DNA of 64,000 nt from Candidatus Latescibacterota bacterium (GTDB lineage: Bacteria > Latescibacterota > UBA2968). Below are positions 1 through 8,470 of this stretch, piece after piece. Positions within the stretch are counted from its first letter, which is position 1; every line of letters starts with the position of its first letter. The position numbers and the translations under genes were made by a program. The stretch covers positions 96,001-160,000 of the forward strand of contig OZ242320.1 of the NCBI GenBank assembly GCA_965208125.1. The letters are read 5' to 3'. The notes below the pieces were generated by a model, which worked only from the letters and a program-made list of their open reading frames with translations, was not told the origin of the DNA and did not search any database.

Positions 1-1
1 A

Positions 2-142
2 CAAGAAATCGTCTTTCACGACGCCCCCTGGGTTCCCCTGGTCCACGCAACCCAAACAGCGGCATTCCGCACCCGCGTCAAAGGCTTTAAGCTACACCCC
101 ACAGGGAGCAAATGGTTTCACGATGTGATGATTGAAGAGTAA
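2..142 (+). CDS. dppA: 3' end of peptide ABC transporter substrate-binding protein (partial, runs off window)
   Basis: Frame 2 reads QEIVFHDAPWVPLVHATQTAAFRTRVKGFKLHPTGSKWFHDVMIEE*, typical of a family-5 SBP C-terminus; dppB/dppC lie downstream. Confidence 0.8.
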   Translation, partial: QEIVFHDAPWVPLVHATQTAAFRTRVKGFKLHPTGSKWFHDVMIEE

Positions 143-190
143 GCGATCAGTGTATCGGACATCTTTTTTAGGGCATAGAAAATCACACAG

Positions 191-224
191 AAGCCTAACG
201 GCCTCTCCAAACCGTTGGGCTTTT
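191..224 (+). terminator. Probable intrinsic terminator after dppA
   Basis: Stem AAGCCTAACGG / CCGTTGGGCTT followed by TT. Confidence 0.6.
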
Positions 225-225
225 C

Positions 226-381
226 CTATTAGAGCCACAATGGAACAGGTCAAAAGATTTCATTTTAAAAATTGCCTATCAGTGTGGATTTGCGTCTTTA
301 TCGACTTTTAGCAGAGTGTGCAAGGCAAAAATAAAACCACATATTAAAAAAATGGAAACCGGGACAAATTCTGAACGTTAG
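226..381 (+). pseudogene. Remnant of AraC-family regulator C-terminal HTH (no start codon)
   Basis: Frame 1 reads LLEPQWNRSKDFILKIAYQCGFASLSTFSRVCKAK...*, matching the AraC signature IAxxxGFxSxSxFxRxFK; in-frame stop at 196-198 upstream. Confidence 0.6.
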
Positions 382-582
382 GACAAAGGTTTGGCATTGA
401 CTTTGCGAACGTTTGTGTAAACTTTTTTATATCTATCTGAAAAAAGTATCATTCAAGCAAATTAAAGTATCTCAGATTGATGCCAACACGCGCTATTGAT
501 TAAAAAAAGGCCCAAGCAACCCGTTAGGCAAATCTGTTCACACTATTGTGTGATTGCAGTCCTTAAATGAAAAGAGAAACCA

Positions 583-3500
583 ATGCGTAACCTGATTTTG
601 TTCACACTATCCACACTCGCGTTTTTGATACATCCGCTATTTCTTCCAGCGCAAAATAGCTTTTCTTTTTCGATAGATGTGAACACTGCGGCGGGTGATC
701 AAGCGGTCACATCTGTTAATGTGTCCCCGGACTTTGATGGCGATGGTATGGTTGGCTTCTCTGACTTTTTAGCGCTTGCAGGTCAGTTCGGATCACGTCA
801 GGGCGATGGGAGATATGAAGCAAAGTATGATCTGGACAGCGACGGCGCAATTGGATTTTCCGATTTTCTGATCTTCACTGCCAGCTTTGGCAAAGAGGTA
901 TCTTCCCCAAACGTTGGCATTCCAGATGCTAACCTGCGCGCAGTCATTGCGGACAATCTCGGCAAAGCGAGCGATGCGCCAATCACGCAGGCAGAGATGG
1001 CGACCTTAACTCGCCTCGAAGCACCGAACGAGAATATTCGCGATCTAACCGGGCTTGAGTTTGCAATTAACCTGACAGAGTTGAACTTTGGTGCAGGGGA
1101 TATAGTGAACAGCAACGAAATATCCAACCTTTCGCCACTATCTAATTTGACCAGTCTGGAACGGCTGTTTCTTGGCAGCAGCAGCATATCGAATGTGACG
1201 CCGCTATCTAATTTGACCAGCTTAAAATTGTTGTATCTTTCCTACAACAACATATCTGATGTGGCACCGCTATCCAACTTGACCAGTCTGGAACGGCTGT
1301 ATCTCGTCAGCAACAGCATATCGGATGTGACGCCGCTATCTAACTTAACCAACCTGAGATCGCTGACTCTTTCCGGTAACAGCATATCTGATGTGACGCC
1401 ACTATCCAACTTGACCAGTCTGGAAGTGCTGAGTCTTTCCAGCAACAGCATATCGAATGTGACGCCACTATCTAACTTAACCAGTCTGGAAGCGCTGTTT
1501 CTTGACAACAACAGCATATCAAATGTGACACCGCTGTCTAATTTGACCAGCCTGGAAGAGCTGGATCTTTCCAACAACAGCATATCAGACCTCGCGCCGC
1601 TGGTGGCAAACACGGGATTGGGTAGTGGAGATGAGGTGGTGGTGGAGAACAACCCCTTGAGTGCCACATCAATCAACACACACATCCCAGCCCTTCAGAG
1701 CAGAGGGGGTAGTGTACGCTACTCCCGTAGTGGCGGTGGTGGCAGTACAACGAATGTTGCTATTCCAGATGCGAATCTACGTGTTGTTATCGAGGGTAGT
1801 CTCAGTAAGGCGAGCGGTGAGCCAATCACTCAGACAGAGATGGCGAGCTTAACTCACCTTGCGGCCCCAAACAAGAATATTCGCGATCTGACCGGGCTTG
1901 AGTTTGCAATTAACCTGATAACGTTAGACCTTGGTGATGCGGAAGTAGGAGGGCTGATGGTAAACAGCAACGAGATATCCAACCTGTCGCCGCTATCTAA
2001 CTTGACCAGGCTAAGAGTACTGAATCTTTCCGACAACAGTATATCGGATGTGACGCCACTATCTAACTTGACCAGCCTGAGAGAGCTGTTTCTTGGCAGC
2101 AACAGTATATCGGATGTGACGCCACTATCTAACTTGACCAGCCTGAGAGAGCTGTTTCTTTACAGCAACAGCATATCGGATGTGACGCCACTATCTAACT
2201 TGACCAGCTTGGAAGAGCTGTCTCTTCCAGGCAACAGCATATCTGATGTGGCACCGATATCTAACTTGACCAGCCTGAGAAAGCTGTTTCTTGGCAGCAA
2301 CAGTATATTGGATGTGGCACCGATATCTAATTTGACCAGCCTGGAAGGGCTGTCTCTTGAAAACAACAGCATATCGAATGTAACGCCACTATCTAATTTG
2401 ACCAATCTAAGAACCCTGAGTCTTTCCAGCAACGGCATATCGGACGTGACGCCGCTATCTAATTTGACCAGCCTGGAAGAGCTGTTTCTTTACAGCAACA
2501 GCATATCGAATGTAACGCCACTATCTAATTTGACCCGTCTGGTAACGCTGGGGCTTTCCGACAACAACATATCGGACGTGACGCCACTATCTAATTTGAC
2601 CCGTCTGGAATGGCTGGAGCTTTCCGATAACAGCATCTCAGACCTCGCGCCGCTGGTAGCAAACACGGGATTGGGTAGTGGAGATGAGGTTAATGTGAGT
2701 AACAACCCCTTGAGTACCACATCAATCAACACACACATTCCAGCCCTTCAGAGCAGAGGGGTTAGTGTACTCTACTCCCGTAGCAGTGGCGGTGGTGGGG
2801 GTGGTGGCAGTACAACGGACGTTTTCATTCCGGATGTAAGCCTGTATTGGGTCATTGCAAACAGTCTCGGCAAGGCATTCGGTGCGCCAATCACGCAGGC
2901 AGAGATGGCGACCTTAACTCGCCTTGATGCCTCGAACCTGGATATTCGCGATCTGACCGGACTTGAGTTTGCAATTAACCTGACAGAGTTGGTCCTCGGT
3001 GGAAACGAAGGGGGATTGTGGGAAGTGAACATCAATGAGCTATTCAACAACTTTTCGCTATTCTTGACCAATATAATAGAACAAACGATTAACTTTTCCT
3101 TCTACCTTTCCGGCAACAGCATATCGGATGTGACGCCACTATCTAACTTGACCAATCTAAGAGCCCTGGATCTTTCCTACAACAGCATATCGAATGTGGT
3201 ACCGCTATCTAACTTGACCAATCTAAGAGCCCTGGATCTTTCCGGCAACGGCATATCGGATGTGACGCCGCTATCTAACTTGACCAATCTAAGAGCCCTG
3301 AGTCTTTCCGGCAACGGCATATCGAATGTGACGCCACTTGTGACGCTTCTATCTAACTTGACCAATCTGGAAGTGCTGGATCTTTCCGGCAACGGCATAT
3401 CGAATGTGACGCCGCTTGTGACACCCCTATCTAACTTGACCAGGCTAAGGACCCTGAATCTTTCCTACAACGGCATATCGAATATGTCTGCACTGTCAGG

Positions 3501-4413
3501 ATTAACCAGTCTGGAATGGCTGGGGCTTTCCGGCAACAGCATATCGGATATGACACCCCTATCTAACTTGACCAATCTAAGAGCCCTGTCTTTTTCCGAC
3601 AACAGCATATCGAATCTGACGCCGCTTGTGACGCTTCTATCTAACTTGAATAACCTGATATTTTTGGATCTTTCCGGCACAAGCATATCGGATGTGACGC
3701 CGATATCTAACTTGACCAATCTAAGAACTCTGACTCTTAACGACAACAGCATATCGGATGTGACGCCACTATCCAACTTGACCAATCTAAGATGGCTGGG
3801 TCTTTACGACAACAGCATATCGAATGTGACGCCGATATCTAACTTGACCCGTCTGCAATTGCTGCTTCTTGACAACAACAGCATATCGGATGTGACGCCA
3901 CTATCCAACTTGACCAATCTAAGATGGCTGGGTCTTTACGACAACAGCATATCGAATGTGACACCGATATCTAACTTGACCCGTCTGGAAGTGCTGGAAC
4001 TTTCCGACAACAGCATATCAAATGTGACACCGATATCTAACTTAATCAACCTGAAATTGCTGGAACTTTCCGACAACAGCATATCGAATGTGACGCCGAT
4101 ATCTAACTTAATCAACCTGACAGGGTTGGAACTTGACAGTAACAGCATCTCAGACCTCGCGCCGCTGGTGGCAAACGCGGGATTGGGTGAAGGAGATTGG
4201 GTTGATGTGAGTAACAACCCCTTAAATGCCACATCAATCAACATACACATTCCAGCCCTTCAGAGCAGAGGGGTCGAGGTAGATTTTAGCGCATCGAAGC
4301 CCACGATGAAAAACAAAGAACTGAGGATGCCCCTCCGGATGATAGGACCGTTGGGGATAAAAAAATGGAAGGTGGGCGATAATTTGAGAAAAGGTCGCTT
4401 GAATAATTTTTGA
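583..4413 (+). CDS. Secreted leucine-rich repeat protein: signal peptide, EF-hand/dockerin-like domain, three capped internalin-like LRR modules
   Basis: Hydrophobic N-terminus; DFDGDGMVGFSDF...DLDSDGAIGFSDF; 22-aa repeats ISDVTPLSNLTxLxxLxLxxN; N-cap IPDANLR and C-cap DLAPLVANTGL...NNPLS each occur three times; Gly-rich linkers. Confidence 0.93.
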   Translation: MRNLILFTLSTLAFLIHPLFLPAQNSFSFSIDVNTAAGDQAVTSVNVSPDFDGDGMVGFSDFLALAGQFGSRQGDGRYEAKYDLDSDGAIGFSDFLIFTASFGKEVSSPNVGIPDANLRAVIADNLGKASDAPITQAEMATLTRLEAPNENIRDLTGLEFAINLTELNFGAGDIVNSNEISNLSPLSNLTSLERLFLGSSSISNVTPLSNLTSLKLLYLSYNNISDVAPLSNLTSLERLYLVSNSISDVTPLSNLTNLRSLTLSGNSISDVTPLSNLTSLEVLSLSSNSISNVTPLSNLTSLEALFLDNNSISNVTPLSNLTSLEELDLSNNSISDLAPLVANTGLGSGDEVVVENNPLSATSINTHIPALQSRGGSVRYSRSGGGGSTTNVAIPDANLRVVIEGSLSKASGEPITQTEMASLTHLAAPNKNIRDLTGLEFAINLITLDLGDAEVGGLMVNSNEISNLSPLSNLTRLRVLNLSDNSISDVTPLSNLTSLRELFLGSNSISDVTPLSNLTSLRELFLYSNSISDVTPLSNLTSLEELSLPGNSISDVAPISNLTSLRKLFLGSNSILDVAPISNLTSLEGLSLENNSISNVTPLSNLTNLRTLSLSSNGISDVTPLSNLTSLEELFLYSNSISNVTPLSNLTRLVTLGLSDNNISDVTPLSNLTRLEWLELSDNSISDLAPLVANTGLGSGDEVNVSNNPLSTTSINTHIPALQSRGVSVLYSRSSGGGGGGGSTTDVFIPDVSLYWVIANSLGKAFGAPITQAEMATLTRLDASNLDIRDLTGLEFAINLTELVLGGNEGGLWEVNINELFNNFSLFLTNIIEQTINFSFYLSGNSISDVTPLSNLTNLRALDLSYNSISNVVPLSNLTNLRALDLSGNGISDVTPLSNLTNLRALSLSGNGISNVTPLVTLLSNLTNLEVLDLSGNGISNVTPLVTPLSNLTRLRTLNLSYNGISNMSALSGLTSLEWLGLSGNSISDMTPLSNLTNLRALSFSDNSISNLTPLVTLLSNLNNLIFLDLSGTSISDVTPISNLTNLRTLTLNDNSISDVTPLSNLTNLRWLGLYDNSISNVTPISNLTRLQLLLLDNNSISDVTPLSNLTNLRWLGLYDNSISNVTPISNLTRLEVLELSDNSISNVTPISNLINLKLLELSDNSISNVTPISNLINLTGLELDSNSISDLAPLVANAGLGEGDWVDVSNNPLNATSINIHIPALQSRGVEVDFSASKPTMKNKELRMPLRMIGPLGIKKWKVGDNLRKGRLNNF
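1117..4150 (+). repeat. 66-bp LRR-coding tandem repeats in three blocks (about 7, 10 and 15 regular units)
   Basis: Recurrent unit agcatatcg(g/a)atgtgacgcc(a/g)ctatctaa(c/t)ttgacc... Confidence 0.9.
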
Positions 4414-4460
4414 CACTTCGTTTTTCACACCACCGAGAAATCACTTTGTGGTCAGAAATA

Positions 4461-4502
4461 AAAACGGCAGTGGGCAATAACACCCACCGCCGTTTCTTTT
4501 TT
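4461..4502 (+). terminator. Intrinsic terminator after LRR gene 1
   Basis: AAACGGCAGTGGG / CCCACCGCCGTTT hairpin plus T-tract; homologous to 7297-7336. Confidence 0.7.
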
Positions 4503-4662
4503 GCGTGCATGCCCAATTGAGTTTGTTGGAAGTCTTGCGCGAAGATTATGGTATTTATTTCATAGCGACTGTTGCTCTGATCTCCAAAATCCTGTATCAT
4601 AACTTCTGTGAAACTTGTACACTGTCCGACAGAATTTTATCCTGATCCAGAGAATTGACATC

Positions 4663-5442
4663 ATGTCAGATACCACAACACAGTTGCATCCCGATCCCAA
4701 AGCCTGCGCTGTCGCCCGTGCGGTCTGCGACGTGGTCCATCCCAACACCGTCATCCTGTTCGGTTCCCGCGCCAGGGGCGACTTTACGCCCGATTCCGAT
4801 ATTGACCTGCTCATCATCACGGACTCCCGGCAGATAGACCGGCAGGAATACATGCGCACGAGTGAGGCGGCTCGCCGCAAAGTCCAGGAAGTTTACGGCC
4901 ACTCCATGGGCGTTGACCTCGTCCACCTGAGCGAGGACGTTTTCCACGACGGTCGCCGTGCCCGAAACCATGTCGCAGGGCAGGCTGTCCGCGATGGCGT
5001 CAATATACATGGCGCAAAAGTAATCTATGACAACCCGGAACCGACCAACTGGCCCGACATACGACAGCGAATCATCAATGCCGAACGAGAACTCCGCGTT
5101 CTGGAAGACCTGGTAGAGGCAAATTCGGCACCGGAGGCCATCGGCTTCCACGCCCAACAGGCCCTTGAAAACGCGCTAAAAGGCTGGATTTCGGCACTCG
5201 ATACCGACTACAAAAACACCCACGACCTATCCGACCTGGCCGCCATCATCCGAACCCATCCCGAAGAGAACGACACTCCCGCCGGTGAAAAGCTGACCTG
5301 GCTGACCGACTATGCCGTAAAATATCGCTATCACGGCACAGAGGTCAGCGTGGAAGATCGCTTCGAGTTGCTCGCTGCGGTGACCGAGACCGTAGAGACC
5401 ATCATCGCCCGCATTCGGACGCTGAGCAAAATGGCTGAGTAA
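4663..5442 (+). CDS. Fused minimal nucleotidyltransferase (MNT)-HEPN domain protein, toxin-antitoxin-like
   Basis: VILFGSRARGDFTPDSDIDLLII (GS-x10-DxD MNT motif), then FHAQQALENALKG...THDL...YAVKYRY (HEPN); ATG at 4663 preferred to TTG 4615. Confidence 0.85.
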   Translation: MSDTTTQLHPDPKACAVARAVCDVVHPNTVILFGSRARGDFTPDSDIDLLIITDSRQIDRQEYMRTSEAARRKVQEVYGHSMGVDLVHLSEDVFHDGRRARNHVAGQAVRDGVNIHGAKVIYDNPEPTNWPDIRQRIINAERELRVLEDLVEANSAPEAIGFHAQQALENALKGWISALDTDYKNTHDLSDLAAIIRTHPEENDTPAGEKLTWLTDYAVKYRYHGTEVSVEDRFELLAAVTETVETIIARIRTLSKMAE

Positions 5443-5536
5443 ACGACCTCTTCGCGTCCGAACGGTCAGTCACCACAAGGGCGACATGTTCCCAAGTCGT
5501 TCTATGCCAATGAAATATGGTACGCAATACGGTTTG

Positions 5537-5565
5537 TTGACACCCTTTTGGATTTGGACTATATT
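5537..5565 (+). promoter_or_regulatory. Sigma70-type promoter upstream of LRR gene 2
   Basis: TTGACA-N17-TATATT. Confidence 0.55.
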
Positions 5566-5730
5566 GCTTGAAAGATCACTCTATTTTTTTCAAATGCGAC
5601 CTTATGGCACGCGAACATAACAGATTCCACGATTTGTAAAGGAAGAAATAATAATAATTTAAATCCAGACCGGAGTTTCATAATATCAAAAAAATTGTGT
5701 GACTGAAGTCTTAAATGAAAAGAAAAACCT

Positions 5731-7248
5731 ATGCGTAACCTGATTTTGTTCACACTATCCACACTCGCGTTTTTGATACATCCGTTGTCTCTTCCAGCGC
5801 AAAATAGCTTTTCTTTTTCCATAGGGGAGAACACTGCGGCGGGTGATCAAGCGGTCACATCTGTTAATGTGTCCCCGGACTTTGATGGCGATGGTATAGT
5901 TGGCTTCTCTGACTTTTTGGCGTTTGCAGGTCAGTTCGGATCACGTCAGGGCGATGGGAGATATGAAGCAAAGTATGATCTGGACAGCGACGGCGCAATT
6001 GGATTTTCCGATTTTCTGATCTTCACTGCCAGCTTTGGCAAAGAGGTATCTCCCCCTGATGGTGCAACGCAGGTTGCCATCCCTGATACAAATCTGCGTG
6101 TGGTCATTGCGGACAGTCTCGGCAAGGCGAGCGATGCACCAATCACGCAGGCAGAGATGGCGACCTTAACTCGCCTTGCTGCCTCGAACAAGAATATTCG
6201 CGATCTAACCGGGCTTGAGTTTGCAACCAATCTGACAGCGTTGGATCTCGGTGGAGCGTTTGTGGGAGGGGAGTGGGTAAACAGTAACGAGATATCCAAC
6301 CTTTCGCCACTATCTAATTTGACCAGTCTGGAAACGCTGGTTCTTGAAAACAACAGTATATCGGATGTGACGCCACTATCTAACATGACCAGGCTAATAC
6401 GGCTGGATCTTTCCAGCAACAACATATCGAATGTGACGCCACTATCTAACTTGACCAGCTTGGAATGGCTGTGGCTTAACAACAACAGCATATCGAATCT
6501 GACCGGGCTTGAGTTTGCAACTAATCTGACAGTGTTGGATCTCGGTGGAGCGTATGTGGGAGGGGAGTGGGTAAACAGTAACGAGATATCCAACCTTTCG
6601 CCACTATCTAATTTGACCAGTTTGGAACGGCTGTATCTTGACAACAACAGCATATCGGATGTGACGCCACTATCTAACCTGATCAGGCTAATACGGCTAT
6701 ATCTTGATAGCAACAACATATCGAATGTGACGCCACTATCTAACATGACCAGTTTGGAACGGCTGGTTCTTGGCAACAACAGCATATCGAATGTGACACC
6801 ACTATCTAACTTGACCAGCTTGGAATGGCTGGGTCTTGACAGCAACAGCATATCGAATGTGACACCACTATCTAACTTGACCAGCTTGGAATGGCTGGGT
6901 CTTGGCAACAACAGCATATCGAATGTGACACCACTATCTAACATGACCAGTTTGGAGCGGCTGTGGCTTAACAACAACAGCATCTCAGACCTCGCGCCGC
7001 TGGTGGCAAACACGGGATTGGGTAGTGGAGATAAGGTTGATGTGAGCAACAACCCCTTGAGTGCCACATCAATCAACATACACATTCCAGCCCTTGAGAG
7101 CAGAGGGGTTGAGGTAGATTTTAGAGCATCGAAGCCCACGGTGAAAAACAAAGAACTGAGGATGCCCTTCCGGATGATAGAACCGTTTGGGATGAAAAAA
7201 TGGAAGGTGGACGATAATTTGAGAAAAGGCCGCTTGAATAATTTTTGA
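5731..7248 (+). CDS. Secreted LRR protein with EF-hand/dockerin-like domain (paralog of 583..4413, one LRR module)
   Basis: First ~105 aa and last ~95 aa are close copies of LRR gene 1; same 22-aa repeat. Confidence 0.93.
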   Translation: MRNLILFTLSTLAFLIHPLSLPAQNSFSFSIGENTAAGDQAVTSVNVSPDFDGDGIVGFSDFLAFAGQFGSRQGDGRYEAKYDLDSDGAIGFSDFLIFTASFGKEVSPPDGATQVAIPDTNLRVVIADSLGKASDAPITQAEMATLTRLAASNKNIRDLTGLEFATNLTALDLGGAFVGGEWVNSNEISNLSPLSNLTSLETLVLENNSISDVTPLSNMTRLIRLDLSSNNISNVTPLSNLTSLEWLWLNNNSISNLTGLEFATNLTVLDLGGAYVGGEWVNSNEISNLSPLSNLTSLERLYLDNNSISDVTPLSNLIRLIRLYLDSNNISNVTPLSNMTSLERLVLGNNSISNVTPLSNLTSLEWLGLDSNSISNVTPLSNLTSLEWLGLGNNSISNVTPLSNMTSLERLWLNNNSISDLAPLVANTGLGSGDKVDVSNNPLSATSINIHIPALESRGVEVDFRASKPTVKNKELRMPFRMIEPFGMKKWKVDDNLRKGRLNNF

Positions 7249-7296
7249 TACCTCGGTTTTCGCACCACCGAGAAATCATTTTGTAGTCGAAAATAA

Positions 7297-7336
7297 AAAA
7301 CGGCGATAGGCATAACACCCACCGCCGTTTCTTTTT
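7297..7336 (+). terminator. Intrinsic terminator after LRR gene 2
   Basis: AAACGGCG...CGCCGTTT plus CTTTTT; duplicate of 4461-4502. Confidence 0.6.
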
Positions 7337-7451
7337 GTACGGTTCCACTGACACGTCAAGCGCCTTCTGTGAATGGATATTGCGCTTAGGCTAAATTTGT
7401 CGGATATTGCCTGGGTATTCATTACGACAACTCTTTTTAAAACCACTATCC

Positions 7452-8462
7452 ATGCACATCTACATCCTCAAAAGATTACTGGCACTGATCCCCACCCTAT
7501 TTGGCATCACAGTGCTGGTTTTTTTTATGGTACACCTCGTACCGGGAGACCCGGCACAGATCATGCTGGGCGAACGGGCAAGTGCAGAAAGTCTGGCTGC
7601 TTTGAGGCGCGACCTGGGCCTGGACCAGCCATTACATGTGCAATTTGGACGCTATTTATCCGATCTGCTACAAGGCGACCTGGGGCGATCAATTAAATCG
7701 CACGAACGCGTATCCGTCGAACTAATGGCACGTTTTCCCGCCACCATGGAACTCACCTTCGCGAGCATGGTATTCGCCTGCATACTCGGCATTGGTGCAG
7801 GTGTAGCATCCGCGGTTCGACGCGGCACCTGGTGGGATTATATCGGCATGACTGCATCGCTGGCAGGGGTCTCAGTGCCCATCTTTTGGTTGGGATTACT
7901 GCTCATCCTCGCCCTTGCAGTCTCCCTACCGTTATTCCCCGTCTCCGGAAGGCTCAGCTCCCACGTATTTATACCCACACTAACTGGATTTTATCTCATA
8001 GACAGCTTAATCGCAGGTGATCTACCGAGTTTTGGCGACGCACTCTGGCATTTAATCTTGCCGGGCATAACCCTGGGCACCGTGCCCGCCGCTGTTATCG
8101 CGCGCATGACCCGGTCGAGCTTGCTGGAAGTCTTGCGCGAAGATTATGTGCGCACCGCCTGGGCAAAAGGCTTGTCTGAACGGGTCGTCATATTGCGCCA
8201 TGCACTGAAAAACGCATTCATCCCCGTCTTAACCGTAATCAGCTTACAATTCGGTTATCTATTGGGCGGCGCTGTCTTGACCGAAAGTATCTTTGCCTGG
8301 CCCGGGGTCGGGCGCTGGTTGCTCCTCTCGGTTTACGCACGCGACTTTCGAGCCATTCAAGGGGGCGTACTAATCGTCGCTACAACCTTCGTCCTCATCA
8401 ACCTGATCGCAGATCTATTATACGCCTGGCTGGACCCACGGATCAAATACAACAAAGAGTAA
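7452..8462 (+). CDS. dppB: Dipeptide/oligopeptide ABC transporter permease
   Basis: MHIYILKRLL...PGDPA...LGLDQPL; ARMTRSSLLEVLREDYVRTAWAKGL (EAA region); start ATG 7452. Confidence 0.92.
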   Translation: MHIYILKRLLALIPTLFGITVLVFFMVHLVPGDPAQIMLGERASAESLAALRRDLGLDQPLHVQFGRYLSDLLQGDLGRSIKSHERVSVELMARFPATMELTFASMVFACILGIGAGVASAVRRGTWWDYIGMTASLAGVSVPIFWLGLLLILALAVSLPLFPVSGRLSSHVFIPTLTGFYLIDSLIAGDLPSFGDALWHLILPGITLGTVPAAVIARMTRSSLLEVLREDYVRTAWAKGLSERVVILRHALKNAFIPVLTVISLQFGYLLGGAVLTESIFAWPGVGRWLLLSVYARDFRAIQGGVLIVATTFVLINLIADLLYAWLDPRIKYNKE

Positions 8463-8470
8463 ACAACGTA

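Noticed and set aside
1117-4150. 66-bp periodic repeats with variable segments resembling a CRISPR array
   Set aside because: They are in-frame LRR-coding units with homologous variable parts; no unique spacers, leader or cas genes
4950-4975. RRARNH as an R-x4-H HEPN RNase motif
   Set aside because: It lies at the end of the MNT domain rather than in the HEPN domain, so it is probably coincidental
583-7248. Complete diversity-generating retroelement
   Set aside because: No reverse transcriptase, Avd or non-coding template repeat in the window, and many scaffold adenines are invariant; kept only as one hypothesis in the findings
5946-7322. 458-aa antisense ORF and similar shorter antisense ORFs over both LRR genes
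   Set aside because: In this frame a stop needs Tyr/His/Gln codons after particular bases on the sense strand, and these are rare in the LRR repeat; the ORFs are repeat shadows with no independent features
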